NCBI GenBank assembly: GCA_902778645.1
Contig: CACYYO010000002.1
Coordinates: 1,511-65,510, forward strand
Source of the DNA: an uncultured Rhodospirillales bacterium
GTDB lineage: Bacteria > Pseudomonadota > Alphaproteobacteria > RF32 > CAG-239
Reading direction: 5' to 3'
DNA: 64,000 bases
Positions 45,157 to 55,066 of this stretch are shown one piece after another; within the stretch, counting starts at the first letter, position 1, and each line of letters opens with the position of its first letter. Under the pieces are notes generated by a model. It had not been told where the DNA came from and made no database searches. It saw only the letters and a list, made by a program, of their open reading frames with translations. A program made the position numbers and the translations under genes.

Positions 45157-46249
45157 ACGCCCTATCAAAATTAATTCGCGGGTCAACCAGAGAGTAGGTT
45201 ATATCACTGATAAGCTTCAGGACTAACCCCAAAAGAGCAAATATATAAAGTGTCCCGAAAATGACCGGATAATCACGGGTCATAATCGCTTCATAACCGA
45301 GCAGCCCCATACCATTGAGTGAAAAAATAACTTCAATCAGCAAAGAACCGGTAAATAACATTTTAATCAAAAGCGCAGGGAATCCTGCAATGACGATAAG
45401 CATGGCATTTCTGAAAACATGCCCGTAAAGGACTTGATTTTCGGTCAATCCTTTTGCTTTGGCGGTTAACACGTAAGGTTTATTAATTTCATCTAAAAAG
45501 GAGTTCTTTGTCAGCATGGTCAAGCTGGCAAAACCGCCGATAACCATAGCGATAACCGGTAGGGTGATATGCCAAAAATAGTCTCCGATTTTTCCTAAAA
45601 CAGAAAGATTATCCCAGTTGTCAGAGGTTAATCCTCGTAAAGGAAACCACTGGAAATAAATTCCGCCGGCAAACAAAACAATCAAAAAAACAGCAAATAA
45701 AAATACAGGGATAGCCGCCCCGATGACAATAGCAAAAGACGTCCAGACATCAAAAGAGCTACCGTCTCTTACCGCTTTTCTTATACCCAGAGGGATAGCT
45801 ATTAAATAAATAAGCAAAGTCGACCATAGTCCCAATGAAATTGAAACCGGCATTCTTTCTTTAATAAGTTGCCAAACGGTTTTGTTGTGGTAAAAACTTT
45901 GCCCGAAATCAAAGGTAGCATACTCTTTTACCATCTTAAGAAAACGAATATGAGCCGGTTTATCAAAGCCAAACTGTTTTTCCAAGGCTTTCACCAAATC
46001 TTCCGGAACACCCTGTGCACCTTGATATTTATTCTGTTGCGCAGTAGTCATATTAACTTGAGTTGTAGAACTGAGGGATGACTTTGCATCTGTATTCATC
46101 CCTTGGTACTTGGCAAGCATATATTCAACCGGACCGCCCGGAGCCAGTTGGATAATCACAAAGTTCAAAAACAAAATGCCGAGTAACGTCAGAGGAATAA
46201 GAAGAAGTCGCTTTAAAATATAATTTCTCATTTTGCCTCTTTCATCCAC
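45155..46249 (-). CDS. yejB: ABC transporter permease, YejB/OppB family (peptide / microcin C-type)
   Basis: Six TM helices and the ABC permease EAA-like region. The N-terminus MRNYILKRLLLIPLTLLGILFLNFVIIQLAPGGP is typical OppB/YejB. Confidence 0.85.
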   Translation of the reverse strand: MDERGKMRNYILKRLLLIPLTLLGILFLNFVIIQLAPGGPVEYMLAKYQGMNTDAKSSLSSTTQVNMTTAQQNKYQGAQGVPEDLVKALEKQFGFDKPAHIRFLKMVKEYATFDFGQSFYHNKTVWQLIKERMPVSISLGLWSTLLIYLIAIPLGIRKAVRDGSSFDVWTSFAIVIGAAIPVFLFAVFLIVLFAGGIYFQWFPLRGLTSDNWDNLSVLGKIGDYFWHITLPVIAMVIGGFASLTMLTKNSFLDEINKPYVLTAKAKGLTENQVLYGHVFRNAMLIVIAGFPALLIKMLFTGSLLIEVIFSLNGMGLLGYEAIMTRDYPVIFGTLYIFALLGLVLKLISDITYSLVDPRINFDRA

Positions 46250-48078
46250 CAGGTATGTGGCATAAAACCGGTTTTAACATCTGTTTGCGGTTGTTCGAAT
46301 TTATCCCAATACGCAACGCGCTGTGTCGGGGAATACCAGTGCGGAATAAGGTACCAACCATTGAGCAAAACTCTGTCAAGCGCCTTCACGTGAGCCTCAT
46401 AGTCTTCTTTTTTCTGTGCAGAGATAAGCCCTTTTATCAGGTCATCTACAACCGAATTTTTAAGCCCTAAAAGATTATAACTTCCTTTTATATCAGCAGA
46501 AGCACTCCCCCACATTTCCATTTGTTCGTTCCCCGGCATTCGGCTGACGTTGAAACCGGCAATGGCCATTTCATAATCGAAATTATCCAAGCGATTTTTG
46601 AAAACACTGGGTTCAATATTGCGGAATTTGAGCTTGATGCCGATTTTTTTCAAATTTGCAATAAAGGGAAGCATAACACGCGTGAAAGCTGCCCCGTTTG
46701 CCGAATTCCCGAGCACTTCAAATTCGAGAGGCTCACCCGTCTTAAGGTTAGTCATTTTCCCGTCAACAAAGTCATAACCGGCCGCTTTAAGAAGCTGAAC
46801 GGCCTTTTTCAGGTTAGAACGTGTCTCAAGAGGCGTTTTGTGCTGAGGTAAAACAGGCTCTGCCGTAAAAATACCTTCATCCAAACGGTCTTTATATTGA
46901 TTAAGAATATCAAGCTCTTTCCCTTCCGGTAACCCCTTGGCCTCCATTCCTGTGTTAGGGAAGAAGCTGGTAATACGCGCGTATTGGCGATAAAACAAAT
47001 TGTCATTTGCCCAATCAAAATTAAAGGCCATGGCAATAGCCTGCCGAACACGCTTGTCCTTAAATTTGTCTTTGCGGAGATTAAATGCAAAATTTTGTAA
47101 AGGTGCGGCGTTGTTATGCTTAAAATCTTTCTTAAGGACTTTGCGACTTTTGATGATGTCATTATCATAGCCGACAGCCCATATTTTGGCGATATATTCT
47201 TCTCTCGCATCAATATTTCCGGCAAACAAGGCTTGCAGGGTAACGGTTGTATCTTGATAGTAATCATAGCGCAATGTATCGAAATTAAACATACCCTTGC
47301 GTACTGGTAAATTTTTTGCCCAATAATCATCAAAGCGCTTGAATTGAATGAACTTATTGACCTCAAATTTATCTAAAACATAGGGACCGCTCCCCATAGG
47401 AGGAACTAAAGAGGGTTCTGCAAAGTCTTTATCTTTCCAATCTTTGAAGGAGTAAATGCTCATCTGTGCCAAAATGAGGGGCAATTCGCGATTTTCACTC
47501 CCTTTTTTAAAGTGGAAACGAACATGCCGGTCATTGACTTTTTCGACACGGTCAACATCGGCATAATAGACTTTATAGAAAGGCTGTCCTTTTTCTATCA
47601 GGGCATGATAACTGAAAATAACGTCATCTGCCAGCACCGGCTCTCCATTATGGAATTTGGCACGCTCATCTAGGATAAAACCGATATAACTTTTGTCTTG
47701 AGGAAGTTCAAAAGACTTTGCTAATAAGGGATAGACGGTTGAAACATCATCAACTGAGGTTACCCCCAACGTATCTAAAGTTAACGAGACTGTATAGCCG
47801 CCGTCAGATATTCCCTTAAAAATAAAGGGGTTGAAGTTGTCAAAAGTTCCGTAAGTGGGCATAACCATTTTTCCGCCCTTGGGGGCAAGGGGATTAACAT
47901 AAGAAAAGTTCTTAAAATCAGGCTTATAAACAGGTTCCCCGTAAAGAGCCAAATACGGCAGTGTTTCTGCGTGGGCTGAAAAACAAAATAAAAAACATAA
48001 AAGCGCAGAACTAATTTTACTTATTATACTTGTCGGCATCAGTCCACCCGCCAAACGGATAAGAAAAATTTTCATCAT
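46228..48078 (-). CDS. yejA: ABC transporter substrate-binding protein, family 5 (YejA/OppA-like)
   Basis: Signal peptide (..ALLCFLFCFSAHA) and the SBP_bac_5 fold. It overlaps the yejB start. The exact start is uncertain, with candidates at 48039 and 48078. Confidence 0.8.
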   Translation of the reverse strand: MMKIFLIRLAGGLMPTSIISKISSALLCFLFCFSAHAETLPYLALYGEPVYKPDFKNFSYVNPLAPKGGKMVMPTYGTFDNFNPFIFKGISDGGYTVSLTLDTLGVTSVDDVSTVYPLLAKSFELPQDKSYIGFILDERAKFHNGEPVLADDVIFSYHALIEKGQPFYKVYYADVDRVEKVNDRHVRFHFKKGSENRELPLILAQMSIYSFKDWKDKDFAEPSLVPPMGSGPYVLDKFEVNKFIQFKRFDDYWAKNLPVRKGMFNFDTLRYDYYQDTTVTLQALFAGNIDAREEYIAKIWAVGYDNDIIKSRKVLKKDFKHNNAAPLQNFAFNLRKDKFKDKRVRQAIAMAFNFDWANDNLFYRQYARITSFFPNTGMEAKGLPEGKELDILNQYKDRLDEGIFTAEPVLPQHKTPLETRSNLKKAVQLLKAAGYDFVDGKMTNLKTGEPLEFEVLGNSANGAAFTRVMLPFIANLKKIGIKLKFRNIEPSVFKNRLDNFDYEMAIAGFNVSRMPGNEQMEMWGSASADIKGSYNLLGLKNSVVDDLIKGLISAQKKEDYEAHVKALDRVLLNGWYLIPHWYSPTQRVAYWDKFEQPQTDVKTGFMPHTWWMKEAK

Positions 48079-49432
48079 TACTGACCTTAGGCTCGGGCAT
48101 TCCTTCATCATTATCAAAAGAGGGTTCTTTCCGGGCTGTCAAATCACGTTGTTTTGCTTCTTCCCACTCTCTCTTTAGCGTAGCTAAGCGATTTTGCGTG
48201 TTCTCAAACCCTTTTTCAAGTTCCGGAGTCACAACGGACGGTGCCGGCGCAAACAAATGGGATGGTGCATCGCTTTCTAAGACAATGTCGGGCATAGCAG
48301 GAGATTCCTCCTCAAGTGTCTCTGCCGAAAAATCTCTCGAGATGGTTTTCTCCTCTGTATCAGAAAGGGAAACAACAGAGACTTTTGAGATTTCCTCATT
48401 TTCGTCTTCTTGTCGTGCTGATTGACGTTGTAAATCAGATGAAGGAGAAGGCTCTGCGGAATTTTCTGTTTTTTCTTCGCCAAAACTCTTTGCAAAAGCT
48501 AAAGACAGCGGATCGGTCATTTCTTCACGATTAGCAGAAGCCTTTTTTTTGGTAAATGTTTCGACAAAGAGCTTGCGGGCATTTTCACTCAGTGAGGGCT
48601 TCTCTGCTTCTTCTGAGGTCGGTTCAATTTTTTGTTCGGAAAGGTTTGGTGTTATTTCCTCTTCAACAACCAAGGTGAAGTTTTTAGATGGTTCTTCAAG
48701 ATGAAAGTCATTTTCTTCAGTAAGTTGCTGATGAGTTAGAGATAAATCTCGGTTTTGCCTAACCGAATCTGCCGGTCCAGCCAAAAGGCTGAATACCTTG
48801 CCGAAAACACCCGTCTCAAGAACATTTAAGAAAATTCTCTCTTTATCATGACGCTCTAGAATATTAACCAAATTTTGATAACGAGAACAAAATTCCAAAA
48901 TAGTACCGCTCAAAACCGTATCCTGCAAAGATTTTTGCAAAAGCTTAGAAGGGAGAGCCGGCTGATTTTGGTACAACTCGATAAGAACTTTACCGAAAGC
49001 CCATTTCCCGCCATTATTAACCTTAACCCAAAGATTATCGATTTGCTCGCTGGAACATAAATTTCCTCGTTTAATAATGTCGGCTAAAAGTTCATTCATA
49101 TCGAGGACAAACATATCAAATTTATTCAAAATGGTACTGTCTTTAACACTGTCACGAGCCTCCAAAAGCATTTTAGCAATAGCATCGGTGTACTCTTGAG
49201 TTTTTTTCATTTGCTTGAAAAGAGTAAACATATTTTTGTTTAAGACGGAAGCGTTATTGTACTGGTAAATATAACCGAATACAAACCACAAAACTAAAAT
49301 AGGAACAACAACGACAGCGATGAGTAGCGTAAACTCAGAAACATTGCCTTCGCTCGCATTGTTAAAGGCATAAATTCCCCACGCAACGCTGGCAAAAATA
49401 GAAAAGAAAAAAGCGACAGATACCACGATCAA
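48017..49432 (-). CDS. Hypothetical membrane protein with an acidic, S/E-rich C-terminal half
   Basis: Two N-terminal TM helices and a low-complexity acidic C-terminus. No known domain recognised. Confidence 0.5.
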   Translation of the reverse strand: MIVVSVAFFFSIFASVAWGIYAFNNASEGNVSEFTLLIAVVVVPILVLWFVFGYIYQYNNASVLNKNMFTLFKQMKKTQEYTDAIAKMLLEARDSVKDSTILNKFDMFVLDMNELLADIIKRGNLCSSEQIDNLWVKVNNGGKWAFGKVLIELYQNQPALPSKLLQKSLQDTVLSGTILEFCSRYQNLVNILERHDKERIFLNVLETGVFGKVFSLLAGPADSVRQNRDLSLTHQQLTEENDFHLEEPSKNFTLVVEEEITPNLSEQKIEPTSEEAEKPSLSENARKLFVETFTKKKASANREEMTDPLSLAFAKSFGEEKTENSAEPSPSSDLQRQSARQEDENEEISKVSVVSLSDTEEKTISRDFSAETLEEESPAMPDIVLESDAPSHLFAPAPSVVTPELEKGFENTQNRLATLKREWEEAKQRDLTARKEPSFDNDEGMPEPKVSNDENFSYPFGGWTDADKYNK

Positions 49433-49619
49433 CTCCTTGCTTGCTCATAAAATTAACGCCAGTTTAGCCTTGTTAATCAAGAAAATCAATTATTTTCAAC
49501 GAATAATCAGAAATCTTTGCACAACAAAATCAACAAGAATGCAAAATAAGAGTCGAAATTTGATTTTTTTTGTGATAAGACAGAACAAAATCAGGTTTAA
49601 CCAAGAGTAGAGAATAAGA

Positions 49620-50591
49620 ATGAATCAAACGAATACGTTGATTTTGGATTTTGAAAAAAATATTGTTGAGATAGAAGCCAAATTGGAAGGGCTGAAATTA
49701 CTCGCTCAGAACGAAGATGTTGACATCAGTCAAGAAACAACAAGGCTCAAACAAAAGCTTGAGCGCCAAATGCGCCAAACATACGCTAATCTGACTCCTT
49801 GGCAAAAATTGCAGGTGTCTCGTCATCCGCAACGTCCGCATTGTCTGGACTACATTAATGCACTGGTGGAAGACTTTACGCCTTTGTGCGGAGATCGCTT
49901 TTTTGGGGAAGATGCGGCGATGGTTGGCGGAATAGGGCGTTTTCGCGATATGTCGGTCGTCGTTATCGGACAAGAAAAAGGTCATGATTTGGAATCAAGA
50001 ATGAAGTATAATTTCGGTATGGCAAAGCCGGAGGGATACCGCAAAGCGCAACGCCTAATGGATATGGCAGAAAAATTTAATATGCCGGTTATTGCCTTTG
50101 TTGATACAGATGGGGCTTTCCCCGGGATTGATGCCGAAGCGCGCGGGCAGGCAGAGGCAATTGCCTCATCTATCCAAAAATGCTTGAGGGTTAAAACACC
50201 GATTGTTTCCGTTGTCATTGGTATGGGTGGTTCCGGTGGAGCAATCGCCATTGCCACGGCTAATCGGATTTTAATGCTGGAAAACTCAATTTATTCGGTA
50301 ATTTCACCGGAAGGCTGCGCCTCCATTCTCTGGCGCTCTGCCGATAAGGTACAAGAAGCAACGCAAGCGCTATGCCTAACCGCACAAGACCTCCGAAAGT
50401 TCGGGGTGATTGATGAAATTATTAAGGAACCCTTGGGCGGAGCGCATCGTAATCCGCTGCAAACAATAGAAAAGGTTGGGGACAGTATCGCTAAACACCT
50501 GCGTGAGCTCAAAAACTTTAGCGGGGAAGAACTCAAAAAGCAGCGCACGGCAAAGTTTTTGGCAATGGGGCGTAACCTACCGGAAAACTAA
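49620..50591 (+). CDS. accA: acetyl-CoA carboxylase carboxyltransferase subunit alpha
   Basis: MNQTNTLILDFEKNIVEIEAKLEGLK... with the ..GGAHRNP.. motif and a crotonase fold. Confidence 0.95.
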   Translation: MNQTNTLILDFEKNIVEIEAKLEGLKLLAQNEDVDISQETTRLKQKLERQMRQTYANLTPWQKLQVSRHPQRPHCLDYINALVEDFTPLCGDRFFGEDAAMVGGIGRFRDMSVVVIGQEKGHDLESRMKYNFGMAKPEGYRKAQRLMDMAEKFNMPVIAFVDTDGAFPGIDAEARGQAEAIASSIQKCLRVKTPIVSVVIGMGGSGGAIAIATANRILMLENSIYSVISPEGCASILWRSADKVQEATQALCLTAQDLRKFGVIDEIIKEPLGGAHRNPLQTIEKVGDSIAKHLRELKNFSGEELKKQRTAKFLAMGRNLPEN

Positions 50592-50593
50592 TC

Positions 50594-51727
50594 ATGCAGA
50601 CATTGGATACAAATGTATTGATATTAGTCGGGATAGCAACGGTAGCGACGTTGCTGTTGGCTATTTTAATGTGTTTGCTTTTCAAAAAAAATAACCGTAA
50701 AGAATTCCATGTTTTAGCCGATACGTTGTTTCGCGGTCAAGCAGAACTGGCGGGGAGAATGTCGCAGTTGTCGGAATTTTCATCAACCCAACAAAACAAG
50801 TTATCAGAAGCCATCAATGAACAAAAAATATCAGTCTTAAGTATGATTGATGAGAAATTATTGGCCATGACCAAAAGTGTTGGCGAAGGACTGCAAAAAT
50901 CGACAAATAAAACGGCGGAAACAATACAGGATTTGCGAGAAAGGTTGGCGAAGATTGATGTCGCCCAGCAAAAAATTTCTCACTTATCCGAGCAGGTTGT
51001 GTCTCTGCAAGAAGTTCTGTCCAACAAACAGGCTCGCGGAGCATTTGGTGAAATTCAGCTCAACGACCTCGTTAAATCTATCTTGCCGCCCTCTGCATAT
51101 GAGTTCCAGTGTGTTTTGAGTAATCAGAAACGTGCGGATTGTGTCTTAAAACTTCCTAATCCGCCGGGTACGATTGTTATCGATTCGAAGTTTCCTTTAG
51201 AGAGTTATCAAGCCCTTCGTAATGCCTCTAACGACCGGGAAAAAATCGAGGCTGAGCGATTCTTTAGGGCGTCGGTTTTAAAGCACATCAAAGACATTGC
51301 GGACAAATATATTATCCCCGGAGAGACGGCAGAGTCTGCGCTGATGTTTTTACCGGCTGAATCAATCTATGCAGAACTGTATTCCAACTTTACGGATGTT
51401 GTTGAAAATTCATATCGCGCCAAAGTTTGGATTGTTTCGCCCACGACTTTGATGGCGACACTTAATACAATACGGGCTATTCTCAAGGATACCACGATGC
51501 GAGAGCAGGCTGGCGTTATTCAAAAAGAGGTCGGAGCCTTGATTGATGATATTTCGAGACTAGATGAGAGGATAGAGAGTTTATCTCGCCATTTTGATCA
51601 AGCGGCCAAAGACATAAATGAGGTGAAAATTTCCTCAGGCAAAATCGTCAGAAGAATCAATAAAATAGAGGATTTGCAATTGGAGGGAGAACCGCCGCAA
51701 TCTCTTAATCATTATGTTGCCGAGTAA
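50594..51727 (+). CDS. rmuC: DNA recombination protein RmuC
   Basis: N-terminal TM helix, long coiled coil and a C-terminal RmuC nuclease-like domain (..NPPGTIVIDSKFPLESY..). Confidence 0.85.
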   Translation: MQTLDTNVLILVGIATVATLLLAILMCLLFKKNNRKEFHVLADTLFRGQAELAGRMSQLSEFSSTQQNKLSEAINEQKISVLSMIDEKLLAMTKSVGEGLQKSTNKTAETIQDLRERLAKIDVAQQKISHLSEQVVSLQEVLSNKQARGAFGEIQLNDLVKSILPPSAYEFQCVLSNQKRADCVLKLPNPPGTIVIDSKFPLESYQALRNASNDREKIEAERFFRASVLKHIKDIADKYIIPGETAESALMFLPAESIYAELYSNFTDVVENSYRAKVWIVSPTTLMATLNTIRAILKDTTMREQAGVIQKEVGALIDDISRLDERIESLSRHFDQAAKDINEVKISSGKIVRRINKIEDLQLEGEPPQSLNHYVAE

Positions 51728-51840
51728 TAACTTTGGGATAACTTGCGAACATTTTTTTGCTTTTTATGAATTTGCGATATTGATTTATAAAACAAAAACG
51801 GATAACTTATAGGAAACACATAAAAAAGAAGAGGTATATT

Positions 51841-52122
51841 GTGACTAAATCAGAATTAATTGAAAAAATCTTAGCTAAAAATCCGCATTTGACATTGAAA
51901 GATGTTGATCGCGTTGTAACAACCGTTCTGGAGAAGATTATTACATCTTTAGCCAAAGGGGACCGTGTTGAGTTCAGAGGATTCGGTGCATTTTCAGTCA
52001 GAACGCGGACACCGCGTATCGCCAAAAACCCGAGAACCGGAGCTAAGGTTGCCGTTGAGGAGAGAAAGATTCCTCACTTCAAAACAGGTAAGCAATTGCA
52101 CGAACTGCTGAACCAAAAATAA
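51841..52122 (+). CDS. ihfB: integration host factor subunit beta
   Basis: (V)[80 protein letters not shown]. The start is GTG. Confidence 0.85.
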   Translation: MTKSELIEKILAKNPHLTLKDVDRVVTTVLEKIITSLAKGDRVEFRGFGAFSVRTRTPRIAKNPRTGAKVAVEERKIPHFKTGKQLHELLNQK

Positions 52123-52146
52123 TTTTATTAAAGAGAGGGCGATGCT

Positions 52147-52551
52147 ATGGGATTTATTAAAACACTAATCGGATTGCCTATTATCGTTGTTATTCTGATA
52201 TTTGCTTTCGTGAATAATAATTTGGCGGAGTTTAGTCTTTGGCCGTTTTCGGTTGAAATAACGGTTTCTCAGAGTGTTGCAACGTTATTTTTTGTGTTGT
52301 TCGGTTTTTTGTTGGGGAGCTTTTTTTCGTGGATGTCCTATGCACCGCTTCGTAAGGATTTGCGTCGTCAGAGAAAAGACAATAAAAAACTGAGCAAACA
52401 GCAGCAAATATTGTCAGAAACAGTTTCTGATTTGCAAGAAGATTTAGAACAAATAAAAGCCGAAAAAGAGGCTCTTATGCCGGAGAAGCAAAGTTGGCTG
52501 AGCTTTCTGAAAAAACAGTCGACGCCGGCTGATAATAATGAAGGTGAGTAA
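52147..52551 (+). CDS. LapA-like (DUF1049) inner-membrane protein
   Basis: Two N-terminal TM helices followed by a coiled coil. Conserved position between ihfB and accD-region genes. Confidence 0.55.
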   Translation: MGFIKTLIGLPIIVVILIFAFVNNNLAEFSLWPFSVEITVSQSVATLFFVLFGFLLGSFFSWMSYAPLRKDLRRQRKDNKKLSKQQQILSETVSDLQEDLEQIKAEKEALMPEKQSWLSFLKKQSTPADNNEGE

Positions 52552-52556
52552 CGCGA

Positions 52557-53441
52557 ATGAATTGGATTACTGATTTTGTCCGCCCGAAAGTTCAAAAAGT
52601 AACAGTTAAAGAGGAGGATATTGCCGATAACTTATGGGTAAAATGCCCGGTTTGCGGCAAAATGCTTTTTTCTAAAGAACTCAAAAAGACCATGTATGTC
52701 TGCACGGAATGTGGTCATCATCTTCGTCTGTTTGTAGATAAGCGCCTCAAATTGCTGTTTGATGGAGAATACGAGGAAATAGCCTTACCGCAACCCAAAG
52801 AAGACCCGTTGAAATTCAAAGATTCAAAACGTTACATAGATCGCCTGCGCAATTATCGCAAGATAACGGGGCATAATGATGCGATTCGAGTTGCTCACGG
52901 AGAAATCGGGGGAATACCTTGTGTTGTTGCGGCGATGGATTTTGCCTTTATGGGGGGCTCGATGGGAATGGCCGTTGGCGAAGGTATTGTCAAAGCCGCA
53001 GAGTTATCTGCACGTAACAATTATCCGCTGATTATCGTAACGGCATCAGGTGGTGCACGCATGCAGGAGGGCATATTATCTCTTATGCAAATGGCAAGAA
53101 CCACGGCTGCAATCAATCAGGTCAAAGAGAAAGGGATTCCCTATATCTCTATTTTAACAGATCCGACGACCGGAGGAGTTTCAGCCTCTTTTGCTATGTT
53201 GGGAGATGTCCATATTGCAGAAAAAGGCTGCATTATCGGTTTTGCCGGTGCTCGAGTCATTGAGCAGACAATTCGCGAGAAACTGCCGGAAGGGTTTCAG
53301 CGTGCAGAATATCTTCTTGAGCATGGGATGGTTGATATTGTCGTCACACGTTCGGAAATGAAAGAAACTCTGGTTAAGGTTATCAGTATTTTAACGCACA
53401 AAAAACCAAGTATCAGCAGACCCTTGCTGGAGAATAAATAG
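52557..53441 (+). CDS. accD: acetyl-CoA carboxylase carboxyltransferase subunit beta
   Basis: N-terminal C4 zinc finger CPVCGKMLFSKELKKTMYVCTECGHH and the carboxyltransferase fold. Confidence 0.95.
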   Translation: MNWITDFVRPKVQKVTVKEEDIADNLWVKCPVCGKMLFSKELKKTMYVCTECGHHLRLFVDKRLKLLFDGEYEEIALPQPKEDPLKFKDSKRYIDRLRNYRKITGHNDAIRVAHGEIGGIPCVVAAMDFAFMGGSMGMAVGEGIVKAAELSARNNYPLIIVTASGGARMQEGILSLMQMARTTAAINQVKEKGIPYISILTDPTTGGVSASFAMLGDVHIAEKGCIIGFAGARVIEQTIREKLPEGFQRAEYLLEHGMVDIVVTRSEMKETLVKVISILTHKKPSISRPLLENK

Positions 53442-53464
53442 GACTAAAACGTAAAGGAGGAGAG

Positions 53465-54955
53465 ATGCTTTCTCTAAAACACATCCACATTAAATCCTTT
53501 AACGAAAATCTGGCATACTTGAACAAAAACTGTCTTGAATATTCGATTGAAGACATTACCGCGCTATCGCAAGTTGAAATTCAAACCGAAAACAGCAAAA
53601 TTTACGCCTTTTTGCAGATTGTTGATGATGATTCTTTCGTTTCACCGACACAGTTGGGACTGAACGAAGAGGCTTTTGCTAATTTGGGAGAACCGGTCGG
53701 ATCCGAGGTCTCAATCAGTATAGCCGCACCGGCACCGAGCCGAACGGCTCTAAAGAGAAAAATTGCCGGCAATATCTTGTCGCCTCAAGATTACAAATTT
53801 ATTGTCAAAGACATTATTAATCGCCGTTACTCAGATATCGACATTGCCTCATTTATTGTTGCCGGAGGTGCTTTTATCAGTGCCAATGAGGCATATGGCT
53901 TAACGGATGCTCTTGTTAATAATAGCAAAATAAAGTGGGATGATGATAATTTAGTTGTCGACCACCATTGCTTGGGAGGTGTCCCGGGCAACAAAACGGA
54001 TATTATTATTGCGGCCATTATAGGGGCATATGGTATGGCAATGCCCAAAACCGTTGCTAAAGCAACAACGTCATGCGCAAGCGTTGCTGATACGATGGGT
54101 GTTTTATGTAATGTTGACTTGCCGGAAGAGCGATTTAAAGAGTTAGTGACCTCCAATCGAGCAGTCATTGCCGATTATGAGCAGTTAGACATTGCAGAGG
54201 CTGTAAAATCAATATCAAAAGTTGAACGTCATTTGGGGCTGACGCAACAAGAATTTTTGCTTTCAGAAGTATTGGCTATCAAAATTGCCGCCGGGGTAAC
54301 GCACTTGCTGATTGATATCCCGGTAGGAGAAAATGCCCGTATCAAAACCACTTATGAGGCTATCCGACTACGCAAATTAGCAGAATTCATAGGTGACCGC
54401 ATGGGAATAGATATTGATGTTGTTATTACCGACGGGAGCGAACCGATAGGAAACGGCATCGGTGCTCTGCTGGAGGCAAGAGATGTGATTCAAGTCCTCA
54501 AAAATAAGCCGAATGCCCCACAAGATTTGATGGAAAAGTCGCTGTTTTTAGCCGGACGTATTCTGGAATTTAATCCGAACCTGCGCGGTGGTCAAGGGTA
54601 TGAAACGGCCTCGGAAATCCTAAAATCAGGCCAGGCGCTTGAAAAATTAAACGAAATAATCAAAGCCCAAGGGAAAAAGGAACAACCAGAAATCGGATCA
54701 TACGTGCGAGATGTGTTAGCACCGGAAAGCGGAGAAATTACGGCTATTGATAATGCGCAGATAAATCGCATCGGCATTTGGGCGGGAGTTCGACAGTATG
54801 TCGGGGCTGGCTTGGATTTACTTAAAAAAGTAGGTGATTTGGTCGATGCCGGAGAGCCTCTATACAGAATTTATGCCTGCACACAAGATGATTTGGATTT
54901 GGCGGAAACGGTTGTTGAAAATTCAATAGGATATACAATTAAAAACAACAGATAA
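53465..54955 (+). CDS. Thymidine phosphorylase-like (glycosyl transferase family 3; the roughly 500-aa putative thymidine phosphorylase type)
   Basis: ..VVDHHCLGGVPGNKTDIIIAAIIGAYGMAMPKT.. phosphate/ribose-binding region, and a C-terminal pyrimidine-nucleoside phosphorylase domain. Confidence 0.8.
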   Translation: MLSLKHIHIKSFNENLAYLNKNCLEYSIEDITALSQVEIQTENSKIYAFLQIVDDDSFVSPTQLGLNEEAFANLGEPVGSEVSISIAAPAPSRTALKRKIAGNILSPQDYKFIVKDIINRRYSDIDIASFIVAGGAFISANEAYGLTDALVNNSKIKWDDDNLVVDHHCLGGVPGNKTDIIIAAIIGAYGMAMPKTVAKATTSCASVADTMGVLCNVDLPEERFKELVTSNRAVIADYEQLDIAEAVKSISKVERHLGLTQQEFLLSEVLAIKIAAGVTHLLIDIPVGENARIKTTYEAIRLRKLAEFIGDRMGIDIDVVITDGSEPIGNGIGALLEARDVIQVLKNKPNAPQDLMEKSLFLAGRILEFNPNLRGGQGYETASEILKSGQALEKLNEIIKAQGKKEQPEIGSYVRDVLAPESGEITAIDNAQINRIGIWAGVRQYVGAGLDLLKKVGDLVDAGEPLYRIYACTQDDLDLAETVVENSIGYTIKNNR

Positions 54956-55066
54956 GAATAAAAAACTTATCTGAATATAAGAATATTTTAACAAAAAAGT
55001 AATATAATTTCTTTATAAAATATGCTAAGATTAGGATAAGGTCTAAAAAACTATAGAGGAACGGCA

